NCBI GenBank assembly: GCA_054600435.1
Contig: BAAIJX010000003.1
Location: forward strand, 744,001 to 808,000
DNA: 64,000 nt
Direction of reading: 5' to 3'
Source of the DNA: Neophaeotheca triangularis
Lineage: Eukaryota
The notes under the pieces were generated by a model. It searched no databases, was not told where the DNA came from, and saw only the letters and a program-made list of their open reading frames with translations. The position numbers were made by a program, and so were the translations under genes. Numbering within the stretch: the stretch's first letter is position 1; each line of letters begins with the position of its first letter. Below, one piece after another: positions 59,922-64,000 of this stretch.

Positions 59922-60816
59922 CTAGATCTGGGTGTATCTCAAGTATGGCCTAACCTCTTGCACATTGCCAAACTTCTTCCTCGCGTCCTCGGTTTTGACG
60001 CTCGGTGGGACGATAACATCGTCACCGACCTGCCAGTCGATCGGAGTGGTAACGCTGTAGTATCGTGTTAGCAAGACTTCTCTCACCCGTATCGACAGTG
60101 CATACGTACCCCTTCTTGTCGCCAGTCTGCAGGCTGTCAATGACTCTAAGCACCTCGCTGGTGTTACGACCGGTGCTCGCGGGATACATCATAGTCAAGC
60201 GGATCTTTTTCGATGGGTCGATGATGAAGACGGAACGAATGGTGAAGGCAATGCCCTTTTCGCTAATGTTGGTCATGTCTTGGGCGTCGAGCATGTCGTA
60301 GAGGAAAGCGACATTGCGGTCGGCGTCAGCGATGATGGGGAATTGCAAGTTGGTGTTGCCAATGTCGTTAATGTCCTTGATCCAAGAGTCGTGGGAGGAG
60401 AGGTCGTTGGCAGACTATTGGGCGTGTTAGCTGCTGTACGGGCAGAATTGACCATGTCGGCTGATCCCTACCAATCCAATCATCTTGACGCCTCGCTTCT
60501 CGAACTCATCCTTCATCTTTGCGAATGCACCCAGCTCGGTTGTGCACACTGGCGTGAAGTCTGCAGGGTGGGAGAAGAGGATTCCCCAGCTGTTGCCGAG
60601 CCATGAATGGAAGTCGATGTCGCCGTGAGTTGTTTGCGCATTGAAGTTGGGGGCAACGGAGCCCAGTCGGAGCCTGGGTTGCTCTTGCTGGCTAGGTGTG
60701 GCGAGGTATCGACGGAAGATGGGAGAGGCTTGTCTCTGGGCGAACGAGGGAGTGTTCGCGATGCGCGTGGTGCGAGTGGCGTTGCGCAATGCGCTGCGAG
60801 CGAAGATGGCGGACAT
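59922..60816 (-). CDS. PRX1: Mitochondrial 1-Cys peroxiredoxin, 3 exons
   Basis: Presequence MSAIFARSALRNATR; FSHPADFTPVCTTE; RLTMMYPASTGRN. Introns 60415-60471 and 60055-60109; ends PYLRYTQI. Confidence 0.95.
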
Positions 60817-61120
60817 GGTTATATAGGTAGAAGGGCGATGCAAGTGGAACAGGTTGTTTGATGGGACAATTGAATGTTTCTTCGAAGAAGGCGTGAAAGA
60901 GTTCTGTTGAGTAGGTAAGATACTATGTAGGTCCAACGTGAATGCGCTGCGAGCTCGCATTCGGTATGGCGTCACACTGAACGATTCGCACGTAGAAGTA
61001 AATCCCAGCACGACGACGAACCCCTCATCACGCTTGATATCAACTTCCGAAGATCCGCCGTCGCAGGAACAAAACTAAGCTCCCCCGCTGTGGACCTTCC
61101 TCTCCTTCTCTTTCCCCTCC

Positions 61121-61263
61121 ATACTTACCTTGTCAGCCTGTGGGCGCTCACGCATGCCTTCCAGGTGCAAAGACTCTCTGCATTGCACAGCGCGGTAGAG
61201 TCTTCGCATGAGTCTCCTTCGGGGGCCTCACTGGCGGAATTTTTGATGGTTCAATGTCAATCA
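61121..61263 (+). ncRNA. U1: U1 spliceosomal snRNA or U1-like variant (3' end uncertain)
   Basis: 5' ATACTTACCT; closing helix GTCAG(61132)/CTGGC(61231); SL1 with 10-nt loop GCTCACGCAT; SL2 AAGACTCT/AGAGTCTT with U1A loop ATTGCAC (61182); SL3 with TTCG loop; Sm site AATTTTTG (61238). All elements are in U1 order and spacing. Confidence 0.88.
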
Positions 61264-62067
61264 CAACATACAGCCCCCTTTTCATCAGATGCTTCCTGTC
61301 GTTTGTGCGGCTGGTGCCTGGAGAAGAGGTAGAAGGTGGCTTTGGTTGCTAGGTACCTTCTGAGGTAGTGGACGTCTGCTATTCACTGGCAAAGTACCTC
61401 AAATGGCCTCTCCGTATTGGAATCGTGGCATATTCAAATACCAGCTTCGTTGAGCCTCTCCTGAGCACCTTCATGGATGGGGGCCTCCATCTTCGTTGCT
61501 TGGGGCACGCTTATTAACCAAACCGCCGTTGCTGTGAGTGGAACATCAATTCCTGATGTCTCTGAGAGACCGGTGCCTTTTCCACCACCATTTCGTCCAA
61601 TAGATGACAAGGGTTAGAGTTAGAGTGTCACGAGTGTGCTGGTCCACCACCTCCTGTTGAGGTGCACCGCGAAGGGGTCAAGCAAAAAGACACCAGCGTT
61701 ACGCTGCAATGGGGGACTTGAGCTTACCGACTACAGCCGCCTGGTAGCCATGAAGGATGGCAAGAGGGGGATGGACCTATAAAATCACTCACAAGTCTCC
61801 AACCCGAGACTCGCCAATTCTCTCGGAAGGTTCACACAGGGAATCCAACCCAGCCAAAGCATGGGCCGACCGATCTGTACAGTACGGACGACGGACGCAT
61901 ACGTCTCGAAACGGCTGGCGCAACGACATCAAAAGCCAATGTTCATGAGGGTATCCGCAATCTAAAAACAGTCCCAAACGCCCCGTACGTCCCATGGCCG
62001 CAGTCATGAAGAGCAGAGCAACTCCCTCCATACTGTCCAAAACATCAACCCAAGCAATCCACCCCAT

Positions 62068-64000
62068 TCACAACCCCTCACCCTCCCCAGGACCCCTCTC
62101 AGCCGCAGTCCGCCGAATCCTCTCCTCCTCCCGAACACAAGCCCCCAAAGCCCCAACCACAAACTCCCAACCCACCAGACTCCCATCCTTTGGCCCACCC
62201 CACCCACCCTGCCAAACAACCTCCCCCCCGTCCCGCCCAGCGGCACCATAAACCCCCCTCAACGCCCTCGCCATCCCATCCCCAAGAAACGCAATCTCCC
62301 CCCTCTCCATGGCCTCCACAACCCCACCCTCAACCAAAACCGCCATAAAACTCGCCACCACATACGCATGCTCTTCGGTAAAAGTATATCCCCCTTTTCC
62401 ATTCCGCACAGCCTGCTCCGTCCCCACGATGGCCGCGAGTTGCGGCGCCATGGGCGGCAGGGTCTGCCACGCTGTTAGCGGATTCGGGATGATGCTGTCG
62501 GGTTTTCCCGAAGTGCAGGATTTGAGCATGCGGTGGAGCGTTCGCATGTGCGCGAGGGTCCAGGGGTGGGTTTGAGAGAGGATGCCGTAGCGGGAGCGGA
62601 GGTGGGAGCGGAGGTTGGAGGGAAAGGGAAGGGGCGAGGGAGTTTGGGAGGGTTGGGATGAGGTGTTTGTGATGGCGGTCCAGAAAGTGCCGGAGAGCTT
62701 GGTCAGGAAGGTTGGGGCTGGAGGGGGGTTGGTTGTGGGGAGGCGGGGGGCTTTTTTTGAGACGAGGGTTATCGTTTGGGGTGATTTGGGGGACTCTTGA
62801 TAGGTGCTGGCGGTTGGCTGGGCTGATCCGAATAGCGGCGGGTGGTTTTTCTTCGGCAATAGCAGGGTTGAGTTGCCCTGAGAGTCGTGTCCTTGAGAGA
62901 GGGAGTCGTTGAACTTGACGCGAATTTTCTGTGGCGAATCAAGGTTGAGATGTTCCTCGTAGCTTCGCGAAGGTTCTTGCACAACCTCGTCGTCAGTTGT
63001 GACATAATCGCTTTCTCCCTCTGGCTGCTGATGCATAGCTTCTTCTTCATTGTCGACGTAGCTAGCCTCGCTTTGTCCAAGGTTCGTCGAAGTCTGCTCT
63101 TCAGCATACGAGAATTCAACTGTCGTGCTTCTAGGCCGCTTGACCGACGCCTGAGCTTCAGCAAGCAGTTGGCGCTGATCTGACGCCTTGCTTTGGAAGC
63201 TGTCGACCATATCTTGCGTCTCCTCGGCGGATTGGTCTAAAGCCTTGCTCATAGGGCTGTCTCGGACTTTACTGCTTTTGAGCAGACTCTTCCTAAGAGG
63301 ACTACTCATGGGCTTGTGCTTGGCCGGCGAGCTTCTCACTTTGCCTTCTGCAGCTTTCGTACGCAAGGCATTCGCTTGCTGCCTTTGCCTAAACTCAGCA
63401 GCTCTCGAGGAGCGATACACGACGGGCTTCCGAGGGCTGTTGCTGACCGGTTTCGAGGTAGTCGTGGCATCTATCCCACTGGTCTCGGGCCCAAGTAGTT
63501 CACTAAGGTTAGGGCCCGGATCTTTTCTAACAGGAGGACGTTCACGGCGCCGGTAAACTTGAGGCATGTTGCTTTGCCAAAACATGCCAGTGTCATCGCC
63601 ATCTGGGCTGGTGACGTTGTCGCTGCTATCAGAACCCGAACTGCCATCGGCCTCGTCTTGCTGCTCATCTGCTGCTTGCTCGTCTGCACCGGTGGCCTGA
63701 CTTTGAAGCTGCGTCGCTGCGCCATCTGGCTCCGTCAATTCTGATGACCCATCCTCCTCCACTTCTTTGCCAACCCCATCTACCGCCTGTTTCCTAACCT
63801 CATCATCCGTACTGGGAGGGGTCAAGACGCCACTGCTTCTGCGGCTCTCTCCTGTCTCCGAACCCGACGTCTTTCGGCGCTCATCATCCACTGCAGGGTG
63901 TGCTGGAGAGTCAGAGTACGCAAAGTCATTGCCAGAGCTCCGCCGCCACGTACGTGGAATCTTGGATCGAAGAGGCCGCAGAGGTTGATCGGCGAAAAGG
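62068..64000 (-). CDS. Hypothetical protein, 5'-truncated by window edge; disordered N-terminal part with folded-looking C-terminal domain
   Basis: The frame is open from the window end to TGA at 62068 (>640 codons). C-terminal HPWTLAHMRTLHRM...YVVASFM...WEFVVGALG. Confidence 0.75.
   Translation of the reverse strand, partial: LFADQPLRPLRSKIPRTWRRSSGNDFAYSDSPAHPAVDDERRKTSGSETGESRRSSGVLTPPSTDDEVRKQAVDGVGKEVEEDGSSELTEPDGAATQLQSQATGADEQAADEQQDEADGSSGSDSSDNVTSPDGDDTGMFWQSNMPQVYRRRERPPVRKDPGPNLSELLGPETSGIDATTTSKPVSNSPRKPVVYRSSRAAEFRQRQQANALRTKAAEGKVRSSPAKHKPMSSPLRKSLLKSSKVRDSPMSKALDQSAEETQDMVDSFQSKASDQRQLLAEAQASVKRPRSTTVEFSYAEEQTSTNLGQSEASYVDNEEEAMHQQPEGESDYVTTDDEVVQEPSRSYEEHLNLDSPQKIRVKFNDSLSQGHDSQGNSTLLLPKKNHPPLFGSAQPTASTYQESPKSPQTITLVSKKAPRLPTTNPPPAPTFLTKLSGTFWTAITNTSSQPSQTPSPLPFPSNLRSHLRSRYGILSQTHPWTLAHMRTLHRMLKSCTSGKPDSIIPNPLTAWQTLPPMAPQLAAIVGTEQAVRNGKGGYTFTEEHAYVVASFMAVLVEGGVVEAMERGEIAFLGDGMARALRGVYGAAGRDGGEVVWQGGWGGPKDGSLVGWEFVVGALGACVREEERIRRTAAERGPGEGEGL

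Noticed and set aside
61609..61626. Telomere-like GGGTTAGAGTTAGAG as telomerase RNA template or interstitial telomere
   Set aside because: The repeats are imperfect. The template sense would be on the minus strand, antisense to the U1-like RNA, and no full TAACCCTAA is present.
1..64000. tRNA, rRNA, CRISPR arrays, transposons, TPP riboswitch
   Set aside because: No cloverleaf/T-loop motif, spaced repeat array, transposase/RT ORF, terminal repeats or riboswitch core was recognised by eye; small RNAs such as snoRNAs could have been missed.

Overview
Gene-dense eukaryotic DNA from a filamentous ascomycete, judged from short GT-AG introns with CTAAC/CTGAC branch points and Pezizomycotina-type proteins; a Dothideomycete is plausible but not proven. 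It holds about 24 protein-coding genes, mostly housekeeping or metabolic: RNA Pol III largest subunit, FHA protein, OPT transporter, PRMT3/Rmt3, Sds3-like, GH3 glycosidase, acyl-CoA dehydrogenase, INCENP, S10 carboxypeptidase, Obg/Mtg2, UBE2O-like E2, COG8, Rpn4-like transcription factor and 1-Cys peroxiredoxin. One FAD-oxidoreductase is a decayed pseudogene. The ORF track misses a U1-type snRNA gene at ~61121. It has a divergent U1-70K loop, lacks a canonical stem-loop IV, and is followed by ~500 nt of apparently nested secondary structure; this is the most interesting signal. Other points: a palindrome (TACCTAGGTA) found only in intergenic promoter regions, GATAA clusters, a 12-nt microexon, a GC-AG intron and stop-free 3n introns. 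All intron coordinates and RNA pairings were read by eye; no database search or folding computation was run.
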